Assembly: GCA_043803945.1 (NCBI GenBank)
Contig: JAZDJN010000047.1
Location: 1-28,923 of the forward strand
DNA: 28,923 nucleotides
Reading direction: 5' to 3'
Source of the DNA: a bacterium
GTDB taxonomy: Bacteria; Bacteroidota; Ignavibacteria; UBA10030
Shown here one piece after another: positions 9,046 to 18,344 of the stretch (positions within the stretch are counted from its first letter, which is position 1; the number at the start of each line of letters is the position of its first letter). Under the pieces are notes generated by a model. That model did not search any database, was not told the origin of the DNA, and saw only the letters and a list, made by a program, of their open reading frames with translations. The translations under genes were made by a program, and so were the position numbers.

Positions 9046-10089
9046 TTATCCCTTCCTGCCTGGAAATGTGTTTACTGCATGGAGAAAAGCCTTGATATTC
9101 TCTGTGCTGACACCTGGCGGCATCCCGCCTCCGCATGAGAGAATCACTCTCGACTGGTTTTGCTGGGAGTTCATGAGTTCAATCGTGGCAGTCGTGATCT
9201 CTGCCGGAGTTCCGTTAGCCAGCACATCACGCGGTGGTATATTGCCAAGGAGGGTTACACTGTTGTGGGTTAACTGTTTCAATTCATTCAAGGTGATGTC
9301 AAATCCCATATTGAACAGGTTAACCCCCATCTCGGGCAGATAGGGAGCTGAGACCTTACATGGAGCGTCGTTGTGTAAAAATTTTACCGAGACAGTAGTA
9401 TTATATAATTCTTTAAAATACGGAAGTCCAAACGTGCAGAACTCGGTTTCTCCAATAAAGCCGATGATGTCGTCGAGGAGAAAGATGCCATCGATTGAAG
9501 GAAACGTTTCCATCTGGAGGTTCAGCCAGTCTTTGAGATATACCGTGATCTTTTTCATGAGTACTTCGATTTTTTGAGGTTCCATCATCAGCGCCATCAT
9601 AAATTCGGTCGAACCCATCAGGTAGCTGGCGATATTGAGCGGGCCCCGTGCGACGGCAAAGCGAATCTTATGGCCTGCTTCCTCGATCTTCGGCTGTGCG
9701 ATCTTTAACCGGTTCAACACAAACGGTAGGAGGCCGTCGATTTTGGGATTTGGTACCGGGAGCGAGGCGATATCGTCGGTTGAGTTCAGAATTTTATATG
9801 CATGAGGAAATTCGTTCGGCGGAAATGAACAGCGTGCACCAAAGGCTGAAGGTTCCGTACACATGCCGAACTCAGACCAGAAACCAGGCAGAAACAGTAC
9901 ATCAGGGAAATCGTTCAAGGCCTTCAAGTTTGCCTTCAGCCATAACTCATCGTTTGAAAAATAATCGAGGATCTGTATGCCGTACCAGTTTGGCAGCCAT
10001 GGACAATCGATAACAAATCCGGTCGGTAATGGATGGAAAACTTCTCCGTTAATAATCTTCCTCAGCGACTCCCATTGATGATCGGTCAT
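9046..10089 (-). CDS. Uroporphyrinogen decarboxylase family protein (URO-D / MtaA-CmuA methyltransferase-like; not canonical HemE)
   Basis: 347 aa, no signal peptide. GPLNIASYLMG, FLLDD, FLHND, LLGNIPP and ILSCGGGMPPGVSTENI match the URO-D/MtaA barrel. The HemE RQAGR motif is absent. Confidence 0.8.
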   Translation of the reverse strand: MTDHQWESLRKIINGEVFHPLPTGFVIDCPWLPNWYGIQILDYFSNDELWLKANLKALNDFPDVLFLPGFWSEFGMCTEPSAFGARCSFPPNEFPHAYKILNSTDDIASLPVPNPKIDGLLPFVLNRLKIAQPKIEEAGHKIRFAVARGPLNIASYLMGSTEFMMALMMEPQKIEVLMKKITVYLKDWLNLQMETFPSIDGIFLLDDIIGFIGETEFCTFGLPYFKELYNTTVSVKFLHNDAPCKVSAPYLPEMGVNLFNMGFDITLNELKQLTHNSVTLLGNIPPRDVLANGTPAEITTATIELMNSQQNQSRVILSCGGGMPPGVSTENIKAFLHAVNTFPGRKG

Positions 10090-10162
10090 AGTGTCAATCC
10101 TTTTGAGTGCGAAGTGGCATTGTCAACTGCTCTTCATGAGTATATCCATTTAAATCATATTT

Positions 10163-10295
10163 AACCACTGATGGCACACTGATCATCACCGAGAAAAGCA
10201 AGTGGTGTGAGATCTTGTCCGAAGAAATAACAAATAGAATCAATATCTGTGTATCTCGGTGTGTCATCCCTGCCTGCGGCAGGCAGGCGTGGAGA
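10163..10295. repeat. Small MITE/REPIN-like element with imperfect terminal inverted repeats, one arm carrying a CCTGCCTGC-GGCAGGCAGG palindrome
   Basis: Left arm CCACTGATGGCACACTGATCATCACCGAGA. Right arm (reverse complement) CCAC[GCCTGCCTGCCGCAGGCAG]GGATGACACACCGAGATACACAGA. Intergenic between GH43 and URO-D genes. Confidence 0.6.
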
Positions 10296-10352
10296 ATTTA
10301 GTGAGTAATTACGCTATTTTCATCGTCAAAAGAATATTGGATCGATCAATAG

Positions 10353-12062
10353 TTATTGATACACCTCATCGTTCCCTTGATAGTCATACCAATCGAAGTA
10401 TGCTTTCGTCGTGCTGGGCTTGCCCATCGAGGTTGCATACAGTGCGTACAGTGTTCCAACAAACCCTCCGGCAACTCTTGTGCTCACAAATGTCCCATCC
10501 ACATGTTCCTTCAACACCATCCAATGATCAGGTGAGAAGGAGTAGAGGAATGAATACGTGGGTCCATGAGCTTCAACTTTCAGATACACCGGTTTCCGTG
10601 AAAATTCATCTTGAATCACTTGAGAAACAATCAGATCCATTTGTTGAGGCTGACTTGTGGAAGAACGGAACAGTTGAACAACCGATTCCTTTCCATTTGC
10701 TGATTTGCACAGATAGTAAAAATGCTTCTCGTTATGGAAGACAAGGAGCCCTGCTTTTTCGTTTTCTGATTGTGCGGTAAACTCCAACGCAATAGCTGCC
10801 GAGCCCTGAGTGTGCGGCTGGCGTCGTCCGATAAAACTGGGATTCGCGGAGTCCGAACATCGTTCCGGACGAAGCGAAAGCGTAACATAGCCTTTCCTGC
10901 TGCTCAGGTCATACCATTTCTCTCGAGGTGTTCTTAGGAATATCCAATCCGGATGTAATGCACTCGAGTCGAAATTATCTTTGATACGAAAATTCCCGCT
11001 ATAACGGATCTCGGATGGATTGCCCAATGGACGGATGGGGGAGGGGTAATGATATTGAACCTTTTCATAACCGGGATTGATGATAGGCCAGCCGTCGATC
11101 CATTTCACTGGTGCAAGGAAGGTCTCCCGCCCGGTGTTATAATAATGATCCTCATACGGTTTATAAGGCCTGCATCCGAGAAAGACTGCCCACCAATCAC
11201 CGGTTTCAGTTTCCACAAAGTCGGCATGCCCGGTTGACGTAATTGGAAAATTTCTTTGAGGATCGAGATGGCGTTGTGTGAGAATGGGATTCTTTGCGTA
11301 GGGTCGATAGGGACCCTTAACCGATGTACTTTTGAAAACAACTTCCGAATGCTGATCGGCTGTTCCGCCTTCTGCAGCGATCAGGAAATACGTTCCGTCC
11401 GTTTTAAAGATGTGGGGTGCTTCAATCCACACCGGCTTTTTGGTGATGTCGACACCACCGTTGATCAGGAGAATTTCTTCTCCTATCACCTTAAGACCAA
11501 CAGGATCGAATTCATACATCCTGATTGTTCTGTGTCCATTGTATAATGATTTATCGTCAGGAGGAATACTATTATAGAGGATGTAAGCTTTGCCATCATC
11601 ATCAAAGTATGGCGATGGATCGATTCCGTTGATTTGCGGGATCCAGACAGGATTTGACCATGGGCCGTTCGGAGATGCCGACGTGACGATAAAATTTCCG
11701 CCTGCATCAACCAACGTACAGGTTGTATAGAATTTGCCGTTGTGATGCCGTATCGATGGGGCAAAGATTCCGCGCGAAACACCAAGGCCGTCAAGGTTCA
11801 ATTGTTCAGGCCTGTCAAGCACATGCCCGAGAAGTTTCCAGTTGACGAGATCTTTGCTTTGAAAAATTGGAATCCCCGGATAATAAGAGAATGATGAAGT
11901 GACCAGATAATAGTCGCTGCCCACGCGGCAGATGCTTGGATCGGGATAAAATCCGGCGAGGATTGGATTGCTGAAGCCTTTCTCGTTCTGTGGTAAGGTG
12001 TGAAGAGCGATGAAGAGAAAACAGATGCAAAGGCCAATCGCGAGTATGAGCGATTTGTTCAT
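10353..12062 (-). CDS. GH43 beta-xylosidase / alpha-L-arabinofuranosidase with C-terminal beta-sandwich domain
   Basis: NPILAGFYPDPSI, GIFAPSIRHH, GIDPSPYFDDDG, WIEAPHIFK, TGHADFVET, TGRETFL, C-terminal GGFVG. ATG at 12062 follows GGAG and begins a signal peptide. Confidence 0.92.
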   Translation of the reverse strand: MNKSLILAIGLCICFLFIALHTLPQNEKGFSNPILAGFYPDPSICRVGSDYYLVTSSFSYYPGIPIFQSKDLVNWKLLGHVLDRPEQLNLDGLGVSRGIFAPSIRHHNGKFYTTCTLVDAGGNFIVTSASPNGPWSNPVWIPQINGIDPSPYFDDDGKAYILYNSIPPDDKSLYNGHRTIRMYEFDPVGLKVIGEEILLINGGVDITKKPVWIEAPHIFKTDGTYFLIAAEGGTADQHSEVVFKSTSVKGPYRPYAKNPILTQRHLDPQRNFPITSTGHADFVETETGDWWAVFLGCRPYKPYEDHYYNTGRETFLAPVKWIDGWPIINPGYEKVQYHYPSPIRPLGNPSEIRYSGNFRIKDNFDSSALHPDWIFLRTPREKWYDLSSRKGYVTLSLRPERCSDSANPSFIGRRQPHTQGSAAIALEFTAQSENEKAGLLVFHNEKHFYYLCKSANGKESVVQLFRSSTSQPQQMDLIVSQVIQDEFSRKPVYLKVEAHGPTYSFLYSFSPDHWMVLKEHVDGTFVSTRVAGGFVGTLYALYATSMGKPSTTKAYFDWYDYQGNDEVYQ

Positions 12063-12140
12063 TTCAACTCCTGCCAATCGTTTTTATAAGATCAGATCCT
12101 ATGACTTCCTCTATCTTGAAAGTCGCTGCATGAAATACTT

Positions 12141-15122
12141 CTATTTTGTTGTGCTGGCAGCTTTTCCGGTTCCATGGAAACTCTCCGGCGGTCCTAAATA
12201 GCTGGAACGAACGCTGTCAGTCTCGATGACGATCTTTTGCAGAACCACTCCTGGATCGACAGCCCAGAACTTCAGTACGTGGCCTCCAGGTTCGTTGAAT
12301 GTATGCTTGGAGGCTTCGACTGTAACATTATTTCTCACGGACTCTTCCCAATCCTGGAAGGTCTTCTTTGAATGCATATTCACGATCTGAGGTCGTTCGG
12401 CATCGAATGAAATTCCATAGCGCAGACCTTGATTGTTGTGAAAGTTTAATGTGGGGGAGAGATAGGCTTTCACCGTTACTTCCCCTTTTGAAAAGAGATG
12501 TACGCTATACTCCAGTCGCGGACTGTCTCCCTCGGGCATTTGCGCCGGCACTGTCACCGGAAAAGGTGTCATTGAAGATCCGGTACGACCTAAATCAGGA
12601 ATTCGCTGCCAGGTGATGGGATGTGTATTTACTGCACGGGTGAAATGGTCCGCTTCGATGGAGATATAATTATTACTCTCGATGAATCGATTCAGTTCTT
12701 CTCGTTTAGGGGAGATGGGTTTGTGGATGACTGCATAGACGATCACAGCGGTGTTGCTCGGCCCGGCAATCGTCAACGGAACACGATGCCGGCCTGAAGG
12801 CACATGGTTCCAATCAATGCTGATCCCCAACCGTTTCTCTCTATCTATTGTTCCTCGCGGAGAAGAGATTTTGATCCAGGATTGTTCTGATTGGACAGAA
12901 TACTCGAATGGTGTTGTTCCCCGGTTAAATACCTCTATATAATATGTTTGTCGATGGTAAACATCGAATTCCGGTAAGACCGCTTCACGTTGTTCACCGG
13001 TCATTGCCGTGTCAGGCCAGCAGTCCTGGGATCCTTCGATCGCAACACCCATACTCGGCGTGGAGGGAAGCTGAATCTCTTTCACATCGGGCATAGTGTT
13101 GGTTTCCGGCTGCTGCCAGTATGTATATCCAATGTGTGTTTGATCCATCATGTGATTCCACTTACCGCTTGCCAGAATTGTATTGTAATAATGTGTGATT
13201 GTTGTGTCACGATTATACAATTCCCGTGCTTTTACTGCAAGACCATTCGTTGCCGCGCGACCCTGCTGTGCATAGAATCGATTCTTTCCGACGGTGAAAT
13301 AGAGTTCGTTGAGGTTCGAGCAGGCAAGTGTCGGATGCAGCACAAGTTGGTAAAAAGCAGCTTTATATTCCGGGGAGAGGGTATCGTAAAGACGCTGGGC
13401 TCTATCAGCGAGAGCATTATAATCGGCGACGATTGTTTCAGCTTCTCTATAATTCACCAGACTGTATGTGTCGGGAGCCAGAAGCTCGGGCTTGCGGCGC
13501 GAATTATATTTTGTATAAAGCGAGAGAATTTCCACAATCTCTTTTGCGTGAGCGGATCCAAATTGCTTTTCTGCCCACCGTCGGGTGTAATCCGGCAGGC
13601 GTTCAGCGGGCCACTGGTCGGGATTCCATGCATAATCGAGAAAGAACTCGATCGGGAACTCCATCGGTTTAATGTCACCGACATTCACAATCCAAATACG
13701 TGTTGCCCCATATTCGTAGGCCAGGTGCATTTGTTCCCAGACTCTGGAGATCTGGTTTGTGTTTAGCCATTTATAATTTCTTGGACCCCCGACGTAATCA
13801 TAATGATAATAGATACCGTAGCCGCCGGGGTGCGGAGGATCGGTGAGTTTCGGCAGCTTGCGGATGTTTCCCCAATTGTCGTCGCACAAAAGGAGTGTTA
13901 CATCCTCCGGTGCACGCATCCCTTTATCATAATAGTCCTGCACTTCCTTGTAGAGAGCCCACACTTGTGGAATGGCAGTAATATCTTTTCCCGTCACGTC
14001 GCCAAGGATGGTGCGCTGATCGCGAACAATTTTTTGGAGCAGAGCAATGTTTGATTCTTCGGTCATCGGTTCGTCACCGTCACCTCTCATGGCCAACGTC
14101 ACGATACTTTCATTCGTCCCCATTCGCTGAATGCCTTGGCGCCAAAAGTTTTTCAGCACAGACTCATTCTTCTCATAGTTCCAGGGTCCATTGCCGAACT
14201 GTGCCCATTCGGCATGAGCACGCATCATCGGTTCATGGTGAGATGTTCCAATCACGACACCATATTCATCGGCAAGTGTTGGATTGACTGGATCGTCGAC
14301 GTAAAACGCTCTTCCCCACATCGCGGGCCAGAGGAAGTTTCCTTTCAACCGTAGAATCAGTTCGAAGACATGGTCATAAAACTTGCTGTTGAATCCGCCG
14401 AACTTCTCATAGGCCCAGCCTGATAATGCCGGTGCTTCATCGTTAATAAAAATACCACGGTATTGAACCTTGGGCTCACCCTGGGTGTGGCGGCCTGGCA
14501 GAACAAAAAGAGAGGATTGTTTTCTTACCGGAACGTCGGCCCACCAATACCATGGTGAGACACCGATAGCAGAGGAGAGATCATACATGCCATAGATGGT
14601 TCCGCGCTTCTCGCTTCCGACAATTACCAGTGCACGATCGACTTGCGGGAAAGGCTTTTCTACAAGCTGAATAAAAAATTTCTCACGGCGGCCTGTGAGA
14701 TCATCGACGCGGAGTTTCTTCTCTTGTACCAGTTTGTCGATGAAGGAGTTTTTGCCCAATGTTCCAACAAGGATGAATTCTTTTGTTGAAGGAAGAACAT
14801 CAGAGACGATAGCGGGTTTGGTACCTGTCACCCGTTCGATATCAGATTGGAGATGGTTGAGAACACGAAGAACTCCTGGATAATCCTCTGAACTCGCAAG
14901 GAGAGCCGCTGACGTTCCCGATGCGGAGAGTGTAAAAGACCCACTGCTCTTTGTTGCCGAGACGTACGAGTGTGAAGGTTGTGCGTTCACACTCTGGATA
15001 ACACAAGCAAGAACTACCAACACCTGAAGTGCATGGTGTAATCCTTTGCGTTGCTGAAAGAACTTCTCCTGAAAACCCCGGATCTGTTCCGGTTGTGATC
15101 GCTTGAAGAGCGTGTCAATCAT
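12141..15122 (-). CDS. GH115 xylan alpha-1,2-(4-O-methyl)glucuronidase
   Basis: IGVSPWYWWADVP, YRGIFINDEAP, LKGNFLWPAMW, GTSHHEPM, MRGDGD, DDNWG, YYHYDYVGGPRNYKW, WIVNVGDIKPME, C-terminal DPGVVLQKIV and SYLGPPES. ATG at 15122 avoids overlap with the GH8 gene. Confidence 0.92.
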   Translation of the reverse strand: MIDTLFKRSQPEQIRGFQEKFFQQRKGLHHALQVLVVLACVIQSVNAQPSHSYVSATKSSGSFTLSASGTSAALLASSEDYPGVLRVLNHLQSDIERVTGTKPAIVSDVLPSTKEFILVGTLGKNSFIDKLVQEKKLRVDDLTGRREKFFIQLVEKPFPQVDRALVIVGSEKRGTIYGMYDLSSAIGVSPWYWWADVPVRKQSSLFVLPGRHTQGEPKVQYRGIFINDEAPALSGWAYEKFGGFNSKFYDHVFELILRLKGNFLWPAMWGRAFYVDDPVNPTLADEYGVVIGTSHHEPMMRAHAEWAQFGNGPWNYEKNESVLKNFWRQGIQRMGTNESIVTLAMRGDGDEPMTEESNIALLQKIVRDQRTILGDVTGKDITAIPQVWALYKEVQDYYDKGMRAPEDVTLLLCDDNWGNIRKLPKLTDPPHPGGYGIYYHYDYVGGPRNYKWLNTNQISRVWEQMHLAYEYGATRIWIVNVGDIKPMEFPIEFFLDYAWNPDQWPAERLPDYTRRWAEKQFGSAHAKEIVEILSLYTKYNSRRKPELLAPDTYSLVNYREAETIVADYNALADRAQRLYDTLSPEYKAAFYQLVLHPTLACSNLNELYFTVGKNRFYAQQGRAATNGLAVKARELYNRDTTITHYYNTILASGKWNHMMDQTHIGYTYWQQPETNTMPDVKEIQLPSTPSMGVAIEGSQDCWPDTAMTGEQREAVLPEFDVYHRQTYYIEVFNRGTTPFEYSVQSEQSWIKISSPRGTIDREKRLGISIDWNHVPSGRHRVPLTIAGPSNTAVIVYAVIHKPISPKREELNRFIESNNYISIEADHFTRAVNTHPITWQRIPDLGRTGSSMTPFPVTVPAQMPEGDSPRLEYSVHLFSKGEVTVKAYLSPTLNFHNNQGLRYGISFDAERPQIVNMHSKKTFQDWEESVRNNVTVEASKHTFNEPGGHVLKFWAVDPGVVLQKIVIETDSVRSSYLGPPESFHGTGKAASTTK

Positions 15123-15195
15123 ACGCAGCCCCGTATCTTGTTTCGTTTGGATATGTAGTATTCCTGTTGCACTCGATCGATCCATGCCAAGCCGA

Positions 15196-16503
15196 TTACT
15201 GGGGTGGAGAGAGAATTTTATAACTACCACTGACATGCAGGAACGCCAGCAGATAGAGCATGCCATCATAGTATCGGTAATGGCCTGAGGGGATAGCAGC
15301 ATTCCAGAGTTCTTCCACGAACTCTTTCCTCTCGGGAATCGTTGCTGCAAGCGCTGCGACAGCGTTCATGGCGACAAGGCCGGTACTATGGTCCGATGAG
15401 AGTTGTTCTCCCTCCAGTGTGTATACATTTCCATGGACACCTATTCCCTTGGAATAAAAGAACCGCAGAATGCGGTTGGATTGAGACACTTCCCAATTGT
15501 CTTTTGCAAACCAGGAATAATCAACAGCAACATTCATCGCCACCCTCCAGGCGTCGAATTGAAAGTATTGATGACCTCCACCCCATGGACTGAATGGCGT
15601 ACCATCGAACCGAGCATAATCAGGTGCAAGTCCGGTAACGGGGTGAGCAGCTTTTTTGAGGAATTGCCGGCTTGTTGCTGCGGCCTCAGCCCAAAACCGA
15701 TTCTCCTTTGTTGCCCACAGCGCCCAGAGTTCATAAAAGTGGGGGAGGTGATAGGAGGGATCGGTAAATCCGGCGCCTTGAATTTCTGGAACAAAAACAA
15801 CCTGTTGCTCTTTTGCATTGAACATATTCGTACTAGTGTCGTCATGTTCCGGCTGAGACTCCTGCGTTAGCATCGCGTCGAGAATTGCTTGTGCCTCATT
15901 TCGATAGTGAAAAATTCCCTCCCCATTCCCCCAGCGTGCTGAGGCAAAAAAAAGCGCGGTGACAAACCACTCTTCTCCATCCGAAGCGGCCGTAGAAGAA
16001 ATCTTGGAGCCGTCCGTACGGCAGTGCCATGCAAAGTAATTCTTTCTTGGACCTTGGTGATGCTGCATAAAGGTCTTCGCCCATTTCCATAACCGGTCAA
16101 AGACCTCCTTCTTGTCAAGCTGCACGGCGATCATCATACCGTATGACATCCCTTCGGTTCGAATATCATTATTGTTAATATCTTTGATGTAACCCAAATC
16201 GGCCCCTACAGGATAGTAGACCCGCTGTGTTGAATCGTCTCCATAGAACAGTTGATGGAACGCTCCGTTAATTTTGCTCTGGATTTCATCTCCTCTTTTA
16301 CCCAGCATCTCTGTAAAGAGGTTTTGATATCTCCCTGAAGTGAAAGAACCTTGGCGATTTGAATCTTGTAGGGAATTCACTTGTGACATCGGAAATAAGC
16401 CCTTGGCACTGCCCGTTGAAGCAGTACTCGAATGAGATAATCCACAGGAAGAAGAGGATAGCATGAACAGAAGAATAGGGAATATCACGCATTCGTTTTT
16501 CAT
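15196..16503 (-). CDS. GH8 xylanase / reducing-end xylose-releasing exo-oligoxylanase (Rex-like), probable lipoprotein
   Basis: DIRTEGMSYGMMIAVQ, ASDGEEWF, FTDPSYHLPHFY, FDAWRV, RYYDGMLY. The N-terminal hydrophobic stretch ends SSSC (lipobox-like). Confidence 0.9.
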   Translation of the reverse strand: MKNECVIFPILLFMLSSSSCGLSHSSTASTGSAKGLFPMSQVNSLQDSNRQGSFTSGRYQNLFTEMLGKRGDEIQSKINGAFHQLFYGDDSTQRVYYPVGADLGYIKDINNNDIRTEGMSYGMMIAVQLDKKEVFDRLWKWAKTFMQHHQGPRKNYFAWHCRTDGSKISSTAASDGEEWFVTALFFASARWGNGEGIFHYRNEAQAILDAMLTQESQPEHDDTSTNMFNAKEQQVVFVPEIQGAGFTDPSYHLPHFYELWALWATKENRFWAEAAATSRQFLKKAAHPVTGLAPDYARFDGTPFSPWGGGHQYFQFDAWRVAMNVAVDYSWFAKDNWEVSQSNRILRFFYSKGIGVHGNVYTLEGEQLSSDHSTGLVAMNAVAALAATIPERKEFVEELWNAAIPSGHYRYYDGMLYLLAFLHVSGSYKILSPPQ

Positions 16504-16716
16504 AGAGTATCCATTATGGATGATAAGTTATCCAGGGGCTCATTCATCAATTTACACTCTTTCGTTTGTTAAAGTATTTCAACTTTGATACCCGATTGAA
16601 CGCTACTATTGTGCCGAGGAGTCGATAATAATTTGTCGGTTTGACCACGTTCGCCTTGCATTTTTTTAGTAGGAATTCTTTTTTTTCGCTCTAAAGGGAA
16701 AAGAAGTGTGGAAAAG

Positions 16717-16778
16717 TTTAACGGGTTAAATAATCATTGAACCGTTTCAATAATAAAGAGGATGCACTAAAAAGGCAA
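16717..16778 (-). promoter_or_regulatory. Promoter of the GH8-GH115-GH43 operon with LacI-family operator(s)
   Basis: Minus strand TTGCCT (16778-16773)-N17-TATTAT (16755-16750), directly followed by TTGAACCGTTTCAA (16737-16750). A second, weaker palindrome TTTAACGGGTTAAA lies at 16717-16730. Confidence 0.72.
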
Positions 16779-17118
16779 GCAAAAAAAGAGATTGCTATGT
16801 GATAACTTTGTTGATAAGAAAATAAATCGGTGCTAATTTTTGACCTGGCGTAGCAAATTGGATTTGGGGTAATGACTCTAATCTCTTGAAAGCTCTTTCG
16901 TGTAGCAAGGAAATATGATTTATCTTATAATTCTATTGTATAAAGAAGAGGAGATGTAATAATTGATTTGATTTTTTTTTTGTCACTATTCTCGGACCGA
17001 CCGGTTCACGGATTTGCTTATTTCGATCAAAATTTTGGATATTTTTTGCCTTCAAATAAGTGAAAACTGTATTTAATCCAATTTTGCGCAAAATTCTTAT
17101 TCACCAGAGCTATATTAT

Positions 17119-17159
17119 TTGATTTTACATCAGATAATAAATATATTAAACCGGTTCAA
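17119..17159 (+). promoter_or_regulatory. lacI-family gene promoter with autoregulatory operator
   Basis: TTGATT (17119-17124)-N17-TATATT (17142-17147), overlapping TTAAACCGGTTCAA (17146-17159). Confidence 0.72.
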
Positions 17160-17197
17160 AAAATAGCACTTTTTTCAAAAAGTGCCGGAGAATGACA

Positions 17198-18229
17198 ATG
17201 AAAAAGATTACGATTGAAGATGTTGCCAGACGCTCAGGCGTCTCAAAAGGGACAGTTTCGGCAGTTATCAATGCAAAGAATAGCGTTCGACCATCAACGC
17301 GAGATCACATTTTAGAGGTCATGAAAGAACTCAACTTTCGCCCGAAGGGTGTTGCTCGAAATCTGAAAAATGGCGACCAGGAAAAAAGCATTGGTATCAT
17401 TATTAAGGATTTGAATTACCCGTTCTATACATCGATTGCCACGGGTGTCAAGGAATATGCGAATAGCAAGGGTTACTCTGTATTCGTGGCCAGTTCAGAG
17501 GATGATCATAAATGTGAAAAAAAGTTCTCGCACCTCTTTTCATCGAAAGATATCAAGGGTGCAATCATTGCGCCGATTGTAGAGGGAACAGCGGAGATTG
17601 AACATCTCTTCAAACTGAAAATGATCAATTATCCATTCGTCTTACTCGAAGATGTGAAAGGGATTCAAGCGAACGTTGTCGCGATCGACAACATCAAGGC
17701 AATTAAACGGGCAGTGACGTACTTGATTGAAAGCGGTCATACAAAAATTGTTCATTTCGCAGGTCCGCCAAGTTCTTCTCACACGCAAGAGCGTATAGAG
17801 GGATTTCGCCATGCGTTTAGTGAAAGTCCATTGGTCTTCAACAGTGAGATGATTGTTTCTATCGGTTCTCACTACGATGAATGCATTGAGAAAACCAAAG
17901 AGTATTTTAAGAAAAAGAATCGGGAAGAGTACCCCACAGCGATTGTCTGCTTCAATGACTTGCAGGCCCTAGCCGTCATGACGGCATTGAAGGAATTGAA
18001 TCTGCGTGTGCCTGATGATATCTCTATAATCGGAAACGACGATATTTCCTATGCAAAAATTTATCCAGTTCCCTTGACGACGATTAGAGCGCCCCAGCGT
18101 GAAATCGGACAAAAAGCAGCAGAAATCTTGATTCGTAATATTGAATCCACGACACTTCTGCCGATTGAGCGTGTGGTGTTCGAAACGGAATTTGTTATTC
18201 GGGAATCATCAAAAGTATTAAATGTCTAA
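17198..18229 (+). CDS. LacI/GalR family transcriptional regulator
   Basis: HTH ITIEDVARRSGVSKGTVSAVIN, hinge ARNL, C-terminal PTAIVCFND, VPDDISIIGND and LTTIR. ATG 17198 is better spaced from GGAG than 17192. Confidence 0.95.
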   Translation: MKKITIEDVARRSGVSKGTVSAVINAKNSVRPSTRDHILEVMKELNFRPKGVARNLKNGDQEKSIGIIIKDLNYPFYTSIATGVKEYANSKGYSVFVASSEDDHKCEKKFSHLFSSKDIKGAIIAPIVEGTAEIEHLFKLKMINYPFVLLEDVKGIQANVVAIDNIKAIKRAVTYLIESGHTKIVHFAGPPSSSHTQERIEGFRHAFSESPLVFNSEMIVSIGSHYDECIEKTKEYFKKKNREEYPTAIVCFNDLQALAVMTALKELNLRVPDDISIIGNDDISYAKIYPVPLTTIRAPQREIGQKAAEILIRNIESTTLLPIERVVFETEFVIRESSKVLNV

Positions 18230-18344
18230 GTGAGATGTTTCAGAGAGTATCGCCCTTTAGTACGAAGCTATAATTCTTTTGTCTATAAATTGAGGTGCTC
18301 CCACTCGCTTTTCAATCCTGAATGAAATCCATATCTAGGTCTTC

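Noticed and set aside
9046-10089. Calling the gene hemE
   Set aside because: It lacks the N-terminal RQAGR substrate-binding motif and has no tetrapyrrole genes nearby.
15123-15350. 76-aa N-terminal extension of the GH115 ORF in the track
   Set aside because: It overlaps the GH8 3' end in another frame and has no GH115 character; a downstream ATG is more plausible.
16504-17118. sRNA or riboswitch in the long AT-rich intergenic region
   Set aside because: I could not identify a conserved aptamer or stable structure; divergent promoters and operators explain part of it. An Infernal/Rfam scan would be needed to exclude one.
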